The notes below the pieces were generated by a model that made no database searches, had not been told where the DNA came from, and was given only the letters and a program-made list of their open reading frames with translations. DNA of 64,000 nt from Candidatus Latescibacterota bacterium (lineage in GTDB: Bacteria; Latescibacterota; UBA2968; GCA-2709665): assembly GCA_965222075.1 (NCBI GenBank), contig OZ244937.1, positions 5,216,001 to 5,280,000 of the forward strand. Reading direction: 5' to 3'. Below are positions 10,619-18,322 of the stretch, in pieces. The translations under genes were made by a program, and so were the position numbers. Each line of letters opens with the position of its first letter. Position 1 is the first letter of the stretch.

Positions 10619-11139
10619 TGACACAGCAGCGTCTTCGGCGATTGGTGATTGATGCCGATGTTGCGCATTCTGCGGGTGAATCGGAGCATCCGATTTCAAG
10701 TGCGTGTCGGAGGTTTTTGGAGACAGTGTTGCGTGTTGGACACTATGTTGTGATGACAGAGGCGATACAGGAAGAGTGGCGTCGCCACATATCCAAATAT
10801 TCGAAAAGATGGCGTAGGCGAATGTACGGGCGAAAGTTGGTTATACGGATCGAGGTCGATGAAGATGAGACCTTGCGAGGACGCATTGATGCGGCTGTGC
10901 ACTGGGATCAGAAGGCGATTGTTGCTAAAGATGTCCATCTCATTGAAGCGGCGATTGCGACGGATCGGCTGGTTACTTCCCGAGATAAAGAAGCACGCGA
11001 GGCATTTGGAAATGCGTCGGATAACGTAGGAGAATTGAGACAAATTGTGTGGGTCAATCCGACGCAGGCCGACGAAAAGCCTATTGACTGGCTGCGGAAT
11101 GGTGCAAAGACTGAAGCGCATCGTCAGTTAGGTGCCTGA
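10618..11139 (+). CDS. PIN-like protein translationally coupled to the ATPase
   Basis: LVIDADV, KDVHLIEAA, VTSRD acidic motif pattern; TAATG stop/start overlap. Confidence 0.65.
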   Translation: MTQQRLRRLVIDADVAHSAGESEHPISSACRRFLETVLRVGHYVVMTEAIQEEWRRHISKYSKRWRRRMYGRKLVIRIEVDEDETLRGRIDAAVHWDQKAIVAKDVHLIEAAIATDRLVTSRDKEAREAFGNASDNVGELRQIVWVNPTQADEKPIDWLRNGAKTEAHRQLGA

Positions 11140-11182
11140 TTCAATCATTGGTTTGAGAAGCAGACCTGGAGATATGGTAACG

Positions 11183-11437
11183 TGAAGGAATTCTATCAAG
11201 TGTGGTCAGCTGAACAGATTCTTCAGACACCGTCTGAAATATCGCAGGTTCTGACTGAATGGGCTATGGATGTAGCAATTCTCCAGACAGCGTCTGGCAA
11301 ATTTGATACCACTTCCACCTGAAGTACGCCTGGGGGAGCTCCTCGCGGTCTTTCCACTCCCCTGGTCCGTCTACGTGCGGCTGCTGTCGGTCAAGGACGA
11401 GCGCGCCCGCGAGTTCTACGAAGCCGAGGCGCTGCGC
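11183..11437 (+). pseudogene. DUF1016/YhcG internal fragment 2
   Basis: EFYQVWSAEQILQTPSE...FPLPWSVYVRLLSVKDERAREFYEAEALR with a frameshift; about 110 bp nearly identical to 13285-13397. Confidence 0.8.
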
Positions 11438-11447
11438 AGTTTCCGTG

Positions 11448-11591
11448 GTCGGCGGCATGAAATATCTATTGACCTGGAACTTCAAACATCTGGCCAATGC
11501 AACGATGCGCGGTCAAATCGAGCGAGAGTGCTGATTGAGAGGGTTGGAACCTCCCATCATCTGTACTCCAGAGGAGCTATCAGGAGAATAG
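11448..11591 (+). pseudogene. PIN/VapC-family toxin 3' remnant with internal stop
   Basis: GMKYLLTWNFKHLANA...EC*LRGLEPPIICTPEELSGE*; LLTWN.KH.AN and IICTPEEL are characteristic of this PIN subfamily. Confidence 0.75.
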
Positions 11592-11593
11592 CC

Positions 11594-11773
11594 ATGCATC
11601 ACGATGAGATCATTGAAGAAGTGTGGGCCAATCGCGAGCGGTTGGCGGTGCAACGAAACTACGACGTGCGCGCCCTGTATGAAGATGCAAAGAACCGTGA
11701 GCGTTCCAGTGATCGGAAGGTCGTTAAGCTGGCGCCTCGACGGTGGCCGACCGTTGAGACTATAGAGGAGTGA
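11594..11773 (+). CDS. Small putative antitoxin partner of the preceding PIN remnant
   Basis: MHHDEIIEEVWANRERLAVQRNYDVRALYED, RBS AGGAG; this type of ORF typically follows the ICTPEEL PIN genes. Confidence 0.6.
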   Translation: MHHDEIIEEVWANRERLAVQRNYDVRALYEDAKNRERSSDRKVVKLAPRRWPTVETIEE

Positions 11774-11793
11774 AGAGTGAGAGCGCGTAGCTG

Positions 11794-11926
11794 ATGATCC
11801 CCCGCGACTGCAAACGCCTCGCCGAGGTCTCGAAGCACGCCGCGCGGGAGAAGTCGATTCGACACGGGCATCCCTCGACGCTGCATCTGTGGCGGGCGCG
11901 GCGGCCGCTGGCTTCGAGCCGGGCGG
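11794..11926 (+). repeat. DUF1156 methylase 5'-head anchor copy A (21-nt internal deletion)
   Basis: [12 protein letters not shown]|[32 protein letters not shown] matches 30478 onward; DFPIAEV lost between two GCCGAGGT repeats. Confidence 0.9.
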
Positions 11927-11936
11927 AGAACGTGCG

Positions 11937-11990
11937 ATGAATGAGAGCGAACTAAAGCGGATTTGCCGCAATGGCGAAAACTCCGGCGTC
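11937..11990 (+). pseudogene. Second, shorter AlbA_2-gene 5' fragment
   Basis: [18 protein letters not shown] resembles MNKADLIELIRNGEDSTL at 16307. Confidence 0.6.
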
Positions 11991-12005
11991 GTCCGACCAG
12001 GATGT

Positions 12006-12027
12006 TTGACAGCATATTTTGCTGTCA
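12006..12027 (+). promoter_or_regulatory. Putative TA promoter/operator: TTGACA -35 overlapped by inverted repeat TGACAGCA-N5-TGCTGTCA
   Basis: Perfect 8-bp inverted repeat about 50 bp upstream of the antitoxin start. Confidence 0.65.
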
Positions 12028-12076
12028 TTAGGCTTTTTCGGTTGACCGAACGCAACGTCCGATAAAGGAGACTGCA

Positions 12077-12334
12077 ATGAGTTCCACCGTCACTGTCCGC
12101 GACATCGACCCGGCGGACAAAGCTTGGCTCAAACGGGAAGCGCGCCAAGTCGGCGTTTCTATGGAAGAGTTCATCCGCCGTCTGATCCGCGAGAAGCGCG
12201 CCAGGGCCGAGCGCCGCGCGACGCCTTCCGAGGCTTTCAGGCGGTATTTCGGACCCGAGCACGGGGTCGAGCTGCCGGAGCCTGGGCGCTACGCATACCG
12301 GAAGGTCGAGTTCGCCGGTGAGAGCGAGACGTGA
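12077..12334 (+). CDS. FitA/RHH-like antitoxin
   Basis: TVTVRDID...KAWLKREA...GVSMEEFIRRLI...FGPEHGVEL; RBS AAGGAG; overlaps the VapC start. Confidence 0.8.
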   Translation: MSSTVTVRDIDPADKAWLKREARQVGVSMEEFIRRLIREKRARAERRATPSEAFRRYFGPEHGVELPEPGRYAYRKVEFAGESET

Positions 12335-12556
12335 ACGCGCCTGTTGCCTGGCTCCTCGATGCGAATGTCGTATCGGAGATGATGCGCCCGCATCATGGAA
12401 GAGAAGCGGCGGCGAGGCGAGGCGCTCGAAGACCACCTGCCGGACGCCTTTCTCGCGGCAACGGCAGCCCGGCTCGGTCTCACCATCGTCACGCGAAACG
12501 CAAGTGAATTCCGCAACACCGGCGCTGAAGTCGTCGATCCGTGGGCCGGTGGATGA
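12331..12556 (+). pseudogene. VapC (PIN) toxin with large internal deletion/frameshift
   Basis: WLLDANVVSEMMRP joined out of frame to DAFLAATAARLGLTIVTRN..EF...G.EVVDPW*. Confidence 0.85.
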
Positions 12557-12602
12557 CGGTTCAGAGATCGGTTGCAATGAACATGAGACGAAAAGCAGCA
12601 CG

Positions 12603-12926
12603 ATGCTGGACCAACCGACCTTGGACGAAATCATCCGGCGCATCGTAGAGGTTGCCCAGCCGGAGAAGATTATCCTGTTCGGGTCCGCCGCCCGAGGCGA
12701 CATGAACCGCCATAGCGATGTCGATCTGCTCATCATCAAGGAGGGCGCGGATCGGCGGAGCCTGGCGGGACGGATCTCCGAGAACCTGTACGGCGTCGGC
12801 GCGGCGGTCGATGTGGTTGTGGTGACGCCGGCGGATGTGGAGCGCTACAAGGACAGCCATGCGCTGGTCATCAAGCCGGCGCTGCGTGAGGGGAGGCTGG
12901 TATATGAAGCGTTGCCTGAGCGTTGA
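12603..12926 (+). CDS. Minimal nucleotidyltransferase (MNT antitoxin-like), no intact HEPN partner
   Basis: PEKIILFGSAARGD...SDVDLLII...VDVVV...ALREGR.VYE. Confidence 0.85.
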   Translation: MLDQPTLDEIIRRIVEVAQPEKIILFGSAARGDMNRHSDVDLLIIKEGADRRSLAGRISENLYGVGAAVDVVVVTPADVERYKDSHALVIKPALREGRLVYEALPER

Positions 12927-12938
12927 TGCCCTGAAGCA

Positions 12939-12998
12939 CCTGCCTGCGCAGTGCCCCCTGCTTGCGCGCAGCGCGCAGGCAAGTGCGCTGCAGGCAGG
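12939..12998. repeat. Nested CCTGCCTG...CAGGCAGG palindromic element
   Basis: Outer CCTGCCTGCGCA...GCTGCAGGCAGG encloses inner CCTGCTTGCGCGCAGCGCGCAGGCAAG. Confidence 0.7.
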
Positions 12999-13004
12999 CC
13001 GGAT

Positions 13005-13430
13005 GCTCAGTACCAGGCTATCTTTGGCGATGTGTCCAGGATTGTTGACGCCGCCAGGCGATCGGCCGCCCGTTCGGTGAATGCCGCCATGACCGCCGCG
13101 TATTGGCTGATTGGGCAGCGTGTCGTTGAGTTTGAGCAATCAGGAGAAAAGCGGGCTGAATATGGAACCGCGCTCATTAAAAGACTGGCGGCGGATTTGA
13201 CGCAGCGATTTGGCCACGGTTTCTCTCGCCAGAACATCCAGCAGATGCGTCAGTTTTATCTTTCGTATCCGCCTGAGCGAATTCGCCAGACAGCGTCTGG
13301 CAAATTTGATACCACTTCCACTGAAGTACGCCTGAGGGAGCTCTTCACGGTCTTTCCACTTCCCTGGTCCGCCTACGTGCGGTTGCTTTTGATCAAGAAA
13401 GAGCATACTCACAGGTTCTGCGAGACGGAG
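13005..13430 (+). pseudogene. DUF1016/YhcG N-terminal half, truncated before the nuclease domain
   Basis: ARRSAARSVNAAMTAAYWLIGQRVVEFEQSG.KRAEYG...GHGFS..N..QMRQFY...LPWSAYVRLL; ends at the helicase-tail copy. Confidence 0.85.
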
Positions 13431-13441
13431 ACTTGTGCGGT

Positions 13442-13576
13442 GATCTCGCGCGATTCGGGTGGCACGAGGTTACCAGGGTCGCCCACTACTATCTGAGCGT
13501 TGACACTCTCAAGCAGCCGATGGAAATTCGGGAAGGTCAGAAGACATCCGAAAGATGGCAAACACGCGATGAATGA
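13442..13576 (+). repeat. Helicase 3'-tail anchor, copy 2
   Basis: DLARFGWHEVTRVAHYYLSVDTLKQPMEIREG...* versus DPARFPWHEVTKVAHYWLSVNALKQPMEVREG; the stop overlaps the start region of the PHP-ATPase. Confidence 0.9.
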
Positions 13577-16298
13577 GAGGGCCAAAATGGAAACCATGTC
13601 GAGTGTGAGTGCCAAAGACCCCATCACCAAGGCAAAAGAGTTGCCAGAGGGTGCTGCATTTCATCGGTGTGCACTCCAGGTGAACCCACACGACTACGGC
13701 GGAATCTTCCAAGGGCAGAAAACCAGCGGCGATGCCCGCCAGCACGCTAAAGCCATTGTCGACAAGGCGGTCGAAATCGGCGTTTCCGTGCTCGCCATCA
13801 CTAATCACAACGACGTGAGCGGAGTAGCCGCATTCCAAGAAGCCGCCAAACATACCAACGTCACAATATTCCCCGGTTTCGAGCTTTCTTCCTCTGAAGG
13901 CATTCACATCCTGTGCATCTATCCGCCAGATACTGGCGGGAACCGTTTGGAGCGGTTTCTCGGCAAATTCGGAATCCAAGAGACTAGATCTTCATCGGAT
14001 TTGTCGAGCGAGCCGTTCGACAAGGTACTTACAATGGTCGAGAAACAGGGCGGAGTCGCCATCGCTGCGCACGTGACAAACGACAAAGGGCTTTTCGAGG
14101 CGCTCGAAGGCCAAGCGCGGATCAAAGCATGGCGTGCTAAAGACCTGCTCGCGATACAGATCCCCGGGCCTGTTGCTGACCTGCCCCCAGATTTACGCCC
14201 AATTATCCAGAACAAGAATCCAGAGTATCTGCGGAACCACCCTGCGGATGAGGGTCTGGCCATAGCCGCGATCAACGCGAAGGATGTCATTGATCCTAGA
14301 GATCTGAAAGACCCTTCGGCTACATGCTGGATCAAGATGTCCGAGATCACGGTTGAGGGTCTGCGGCAGGCTTTTCTCGATCCTGGATCGAGAATCCGAC
14401 TAAACAGCGACCCCACACCCGACGAACATACCAAACTCGTTTCGCTGACTTGGGAAGGCGGCTTTCTGGACGGTGCGGCTATTAACCTCAATCGGAACAT
14501 GAATGTCTTAGTCGGCGGGCGCGGCACCGGCAAATCGACCGTCATCGAGAGCCTGCGATACGTGCTCGGATTGGATCCCATCGGCGAGGAGGCAGACAAG
14601 GCCCATAAAGGGATCGTGCGCCAAGTACTCCGTAGCGGAACGAAGGTTTCGCTTCTCGTGCGCTGTTACCGCCCAGCGCGACGCGAGTACCGCATTGAGC
14701 GGACTGTGCCAAATCCGCCTGTGGTTCGTGATGAGGACGGCAAGATATCGAACCTTCTTCCAAAAGAGATGCTTCCTCGCGTCGAGGTTTACGGGCAACA
14801 CGAAATCTCCGAACTCACCAAGAGCCCCGAGAAGCTCACGCGCCTTCTCGACCGCTTCGTCGAGCGAGACGATTCCTCGGCTCGGCGCAAGGCCGATCTC
14901 CGCCGAGAGCTCGAGAAGACGCGGCGATCCATAATGGACGTGTGCACCGAGCTCCAGCAGATCGAGGAGCGCCTAGCCTCCCTGCCAAGACTTGAGGAGA
15001 CACTCAAACGCTTTCAGGAAGCCGGTCTTGAAGATCGCCTGCGCGAACAGAGCTTGCTCGTTCGCGAGGAGCAAGTGCTTGATTCGATTCCCGAGCGCCT
15101 GCGGAATTTCCGCGAATGCCTCGACCTTCTCCACCAAGAGCTCCCAATTGACCGGGTGTTCTTGTCTGAGAGGGCACTCCAGGATCTGCCGGGCAAGAAG
15201 ATTCTTGCGGGCGGCAATGACATACTGGAGTGCCTGAGCACTGATCTCGATAAATTGGCTGGCCAATTTGAAGAAGCACTAAAGCAAGCAGATGAAGGGA
15301 TCGCCAAAATCCGCTCTCGCTGGAATGAGCGCAAAGAAAAGGTCCAAGCCGCCTATGAGAAAATTTTGCGCGAACTTCAGAGATCGGCAGTGGACGGGCA
15401 AGAGTTCATTCGTCTTCGGCGCGAAATCGAGAACCTTCGCCCGCTTGGGGAGCGTAAGTCTTTATTGAAACGGTTAGAAAAAGAACTCCTCGAACGACGG
15501 CGCACGCTGCTTGCCGAATGGGAAGATATCAAGGCAGAGGAGTTCCGGAACTTCGACAGAGCCGCGCAAGCAGTCAGCAAGAAACTTCGCGCCCGCGTCC
15601 AGGTGGAGGTCACCGCCGCAGGCGACCGCGAGCCGCTGCTTCAGTTGCTCCGCGACGAGATCGGGGGCCGTCTCTCCGAGGCAGTATCCATCCTCGCCAA
15701 AGAGGAGGACTTTTCGCTGCCGCAATTCGTCGATAGCTGTCGGATGGGTGCGGATGCCGTTCACCAGACCTACGCGATTCCGCCAGCCCAAGCGCAGCGG
15801 CTTGCCGAGGCGTCTGCCGAGACTTTGATGCACATTGAAGAGTTGGAGCTTTCCCCCACGACCGCAATCCATCTCAACACGGCTCCTGCTGGCAAACCGC
15901 CGTCATGGCAAGCACTCGAAGCTCTCTCGACTGGCCAAAAAGCTACCGCTGTGTTACTGCTCCTACTGCTTGAGTCCGATGCTCCGCTCATCGTTGATCA
16001 GCCCGAGGATGATCTGGACAATCGCTTCATCACCGAGGGCGTGGTTCCCAAAATGCGCGAGGAGAAACGACGCCGCCAATTCGTTTTCTCAACCCACAAC
16101 GCTAACATCCCGGTGCTTGGGGATGCCGAACTGATCGTTGGCCTCACCGCCACTGGAGGTGTGGACGGAGGGAATGCCTACATTGAATCCAAGCACATGG
16201 GATCAATTGATGCGCACCCGGTGCGGGAAATGGTTGAGGAGATTCTTGAAGGTGGCAAAGATGCTTTTGAGCGCCGCCGCCGGAAATACGGATTCTGA
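13569..16298 (+). CDS. PHP-domain + coiled-coil ABC ATPase fusion (Ppl/TrlF-like defence protein)
   Basis: N-terminal AITNHN, GFELS..GIHILC, AAHV; Walker A GGRGTGKS, long coiled coil, LSTGQ, LIVDQPEDDLD, STHN. Start could be 13569, 13588 region or 13596. Confidence 0.8.
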   Translation: MNERAKMETMSSVSAKDPITKAKELPEGAAFHRCALQVNPHDYGGIFQGQKTSGDARQHAKAIVDKAVEIGVSVLAITNHNDVSGVAAFQEAAKHTNVTIFPGFELSSSEGIHILCIYPPDTGGNRLERFLGKFGIQETRSSSDLSSEPFDKVLTMVEKQGGVAIAAHVTNDKGLFEALEGQARIKAWRAKDLLAIQIPGPVADLPPDLRPIIQNKNPEYLRNHPADEGLAIAAINAKDVIDPRDLKDPSATCWIKMSEITVEGLRQAFLDPGSRIRLNSDPTPDEHTKLVSLTWEGGFLDGAAINLNRNMNVLVGGRGTGKSTVIESLRYVLGLDPIGEEADKAHKGIVRQVLRSGTKVSLLVRCYRPARREYRIERTVPNPPVVRDEDGKISNLLPKEMLPRVEVYGQHEISELTKSPEKLTRLLDRFVERDDSSARRKADLRRELEKTRRSIMDVCTELQQIEERLASLPRLEETLKRFQEAGLEDRLREQSLLVREEQVLDSIPERLRNFRECLDLLHQELPIDRVFLSERALQDLPGKKILAGGNDILECLSTDLDKLAGQFEEALKQADEGIAKIRSRWNERKEKVQAAYEKILRELQRSAVDGQEFIRLRREIENLRPLGERKSLLKRLEKELLERRRTLLAEWEDIKAEEFRNFDRAAQAVSKKLRARVQVEVTAAGDREPLLQLLRDEIGGRLSEAVSILAKEEDFSLPQFVDSCRMGADAVHQTYAIPPAQAQRLAEASAETLMHIEELELSPTTAIHLNTAPAGKPPSWQALEALSTGQKATAVLLLLLLESDAPLIVDQPEDDLDNRFITEGVVPKMREEKRRRQFVFSTHNANIPVLGDAELIVGLTATGGVDGGNAYIESKHMGSIDAHPVREMVEEILEGGKDAFERRRRKYGF

Positions 16299-16306
16299 GG
16301 CAAACC

Positions 16307-17536
16307 ATGAACAAAGCCGATTTGATCGAACTAATCCGCAACGGCGAGGACTCCACTCTGGAGTTCAAACGAGACGGCGTGCAGAACCACGATCTGGCCA
16401 AGGAACTGGTGGCTTTTCTCAATCTGGAGGGCGGCATCATCCTGCTCGGTGTCGAGGACGACGGGCGGATTTCGGGAACATCCCGCGAATCTCTTGATGA
16501 GTGGGTTGCCGAACTCTGCCGCGTCAAGATTGAGCCGCCAGTCGTGCCGCTGCTTTCATGGGCGAGAGATGCCGAGCCGGGTCGGGATGTTCTCGCCATT
16601 CGCGTCACGCGTGGTCCCGACAAGCCTTACGCGCGTGTTCACGGAGGCCGCAGAACTTACTACATCCGTGTCAGCAATACCTCCCGGGAAGCAAGCCGCG
16701 AGGAACTTGAGAGAATGTACCAGGCGTCAGGTCACTTGCGCTACGGCATGAAACCGGCCCCAGGTACCGGTCTCGATGCTTTCGACCTCCGCCGTTTGCG
16801 CGATTACCTGACCCGCATTCTCAACGCGACTGTCCCGGCTGAGGACGATCTTGGTGGCTGGGAGACGTTGTTGCGAAATATCGAGTTGATGACGGTGTCC
16901 GCAGGGCAACTCGTCGCGACTATCGATGGCTTGCTTCTCTTCGGAATCACGCCGAACAGGTACGTGCCGCAATCAGGCATCCGCGCGGTCTGTTTTCCGG
17001 GCACTGAACCCGACTACGCAACCCGAGCGGATGAGGACCTGCGCGGCCCCATGGTTCCGCTGGGAGCCGCGGACGGATCCATGGTCGAAACGGGTCTCGT
17101 GGATCGAGCATGGGACTTCGTCCGTCGTAACACGACGCCAACGGCCCGTCTCGAAGGTGCTCGGAGGATTGACTGCTGGGAATACCCGGAAAGTGTGATT
17201 CGGGAAGCCGTGGTGAACGCACTCGTCCACCGCGACTACAGTATTGCGGGAACCGACGTCATGGTGTCCATCTACTCTGACCGCCTTGAGATCCAGAGCC
17301 CTGGCAGACTACCCAACACGGTGACGCCCGAGGGAATGAAGTTGGGCATGCGTTACGCGCGCAACCAGACGCTGGTCAATATCATGCGTGACTATGGATA
17401 CGTGGACGCCCGCGGCATGGGCGTGCGGAACAAGATCATTCCCGGAATGTTCGCCCACAATGGCACAGAGCCCGACCTGATCGAAGAAGAACACCGCTTC
17501 ACGGTCCGCCTGTGGAAAGAGGGTGAAGGATCGTGA
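16307..17536 (+). CDS. AlbA_2 (Schlafen-like) + HATPase_c_4 (RecG C-terminal-like) protein
   Basis: GEDSTLEFK, VAFLN..GG..LLGVEDDG; REAVVNALVHRDY, DRLEIQSPG, RN..L...GMG. Confidence 0.85.
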   Translation: MNKADLIELIRNGEDSTLEFKRDGVQNHDLAKELVAFLNLEGGIILLGVEDDGRISGTSRESLDEWVAELCRVKIEPPVVPLLSWARDAEPGRDVLAIRVTRGPDKPYARVHGGRRTYYIRVSNTSREASREELERMYQASGHLRYGMKPAPGTGLDAFDLRRLRDYLTRILNATVPAEDDLGGWETLLRNIELMTVSAGQLVATIDGLLLFGITPNRYVPQSGIRAVCFPGTEPDYATRADEDLRGPMVPLGAADGSMVETGLVDRAWDFVRRNTTPTARLEGARRIDCWEYPESVIREAVVNALVHRDYSIAGTDVMVSIYSDRLEIQSPGRLPNTVTPEGMKLGMRYARNQTLVNIMRDYGYVDARGMGVRNKIIPGMFAHNGTEPDLIEEEHRFTVRLWKEGEGS

Positions 17537-17611
17537 TCTCCACTCGCCCGATGGACTGTCCCATCGCCGGGGTTTCCAGACGTGGAGTGCGAAAAGTCGA
17601 TACGCCGGGGC
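17533..17611 (+). repeat. DUF1156 methylase 5'-head anchor copy B (degenerate)
   Basis: CTCGCCCGATGGACTGTCCCATCGCCGGGGTTTCCAGA...GAAAAGTCGATACG aligns to CTCGCCGAGGTGGACTTCCCGATTGCCGAGGTTTCCAGG...GAGAAGTCGATTCG; begins GTGATC on the stop of the preceding gene. Confidence 0.75.
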
Positions 17612-17889
17612 GGTAAGCCAAGTGCAGTGGGTCCGCGCTTCTTTGGGGTTTAATTTAGGGTTGTTCATATTGCCCCGCCATCAATCGACCGTATAGTGAA
17701 TCCCACTCTGAGCGCTACTACACGGTACCCAGCCGATTTACGTAGCACCCAGAAAGCTGAGATATCCTCATGACAAAATCCTCTATCGTGCTTGGTGATC
17801 TTGCTTCCAAACTTGATCCACTGCGACCATTTGTAGAAAGAATTGCCACTGTGCGTTATTTCACAAAAAGGTTGTTTTCAAGTATTCTG

Positions 17890-18070
17890 AGAGCCTCGTT
17901 TGTCAGAAGCCGTTTTAAAATTCAGATTTGGGAGCGAGTCTTTTGATCAAAAGGTGAATCATCGCAATGTAAATGAGCGCTTCGCTATTTCGTGTCAGGA
18001 CTTCATAATCCTTGCAAAGACGCCGAAAATTCAACAACCAAGCAAAAGGTGCGCTCAACCACCCGGCACC
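17890..18070 (-). mobile_element. IS5-family transposase 3' remnant
   Basis: Minus strand gives VVERT.AWLLNFRRLCKDYE....SEALIYIAMIHLLIKRLA. Confidence 0.75.
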
Positions 18071-18098
18071 ATTTCATCACCTCACCCTGGAGGCACTA

Positions 18099-18154
18099 CC
18101 TGCTGCCTGCGCCTGCCTCGTCTGAGGCTTCAGCAGGCAGGTCGGACAGGCAGA
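18099..18154. repeat. Nested CCTGCCT...CAGGCAGG palindromic element
   Basis: CCTGCTGCCTGCGCCTGCCT...CAGCAGGCAGGTCGGACAGGCAG. Confidence 0.6.
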
Positions 18155-18322
18155 TCGGCTGGATCAACTGAACCTGTTTGATTGATCGCCACCTTCAGGT
18201 GGCGCCAAGGTCTCAGCCGCTTTGAGCGATTCACGGTTTTCAAACCTCCAGCTTTGCCAGAGGTCTCTGATTCCTGTATCCTCGAATAGTTCTGCGAAAC
18301 ATATCCTGTAAGGTACACCCTT

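Noticed and set aside
12912-12940. Possible HEPN toxin start remnant after the MNT gene
   Set aside because: Fewer than 10 codons with a stop; cannot be assigned.
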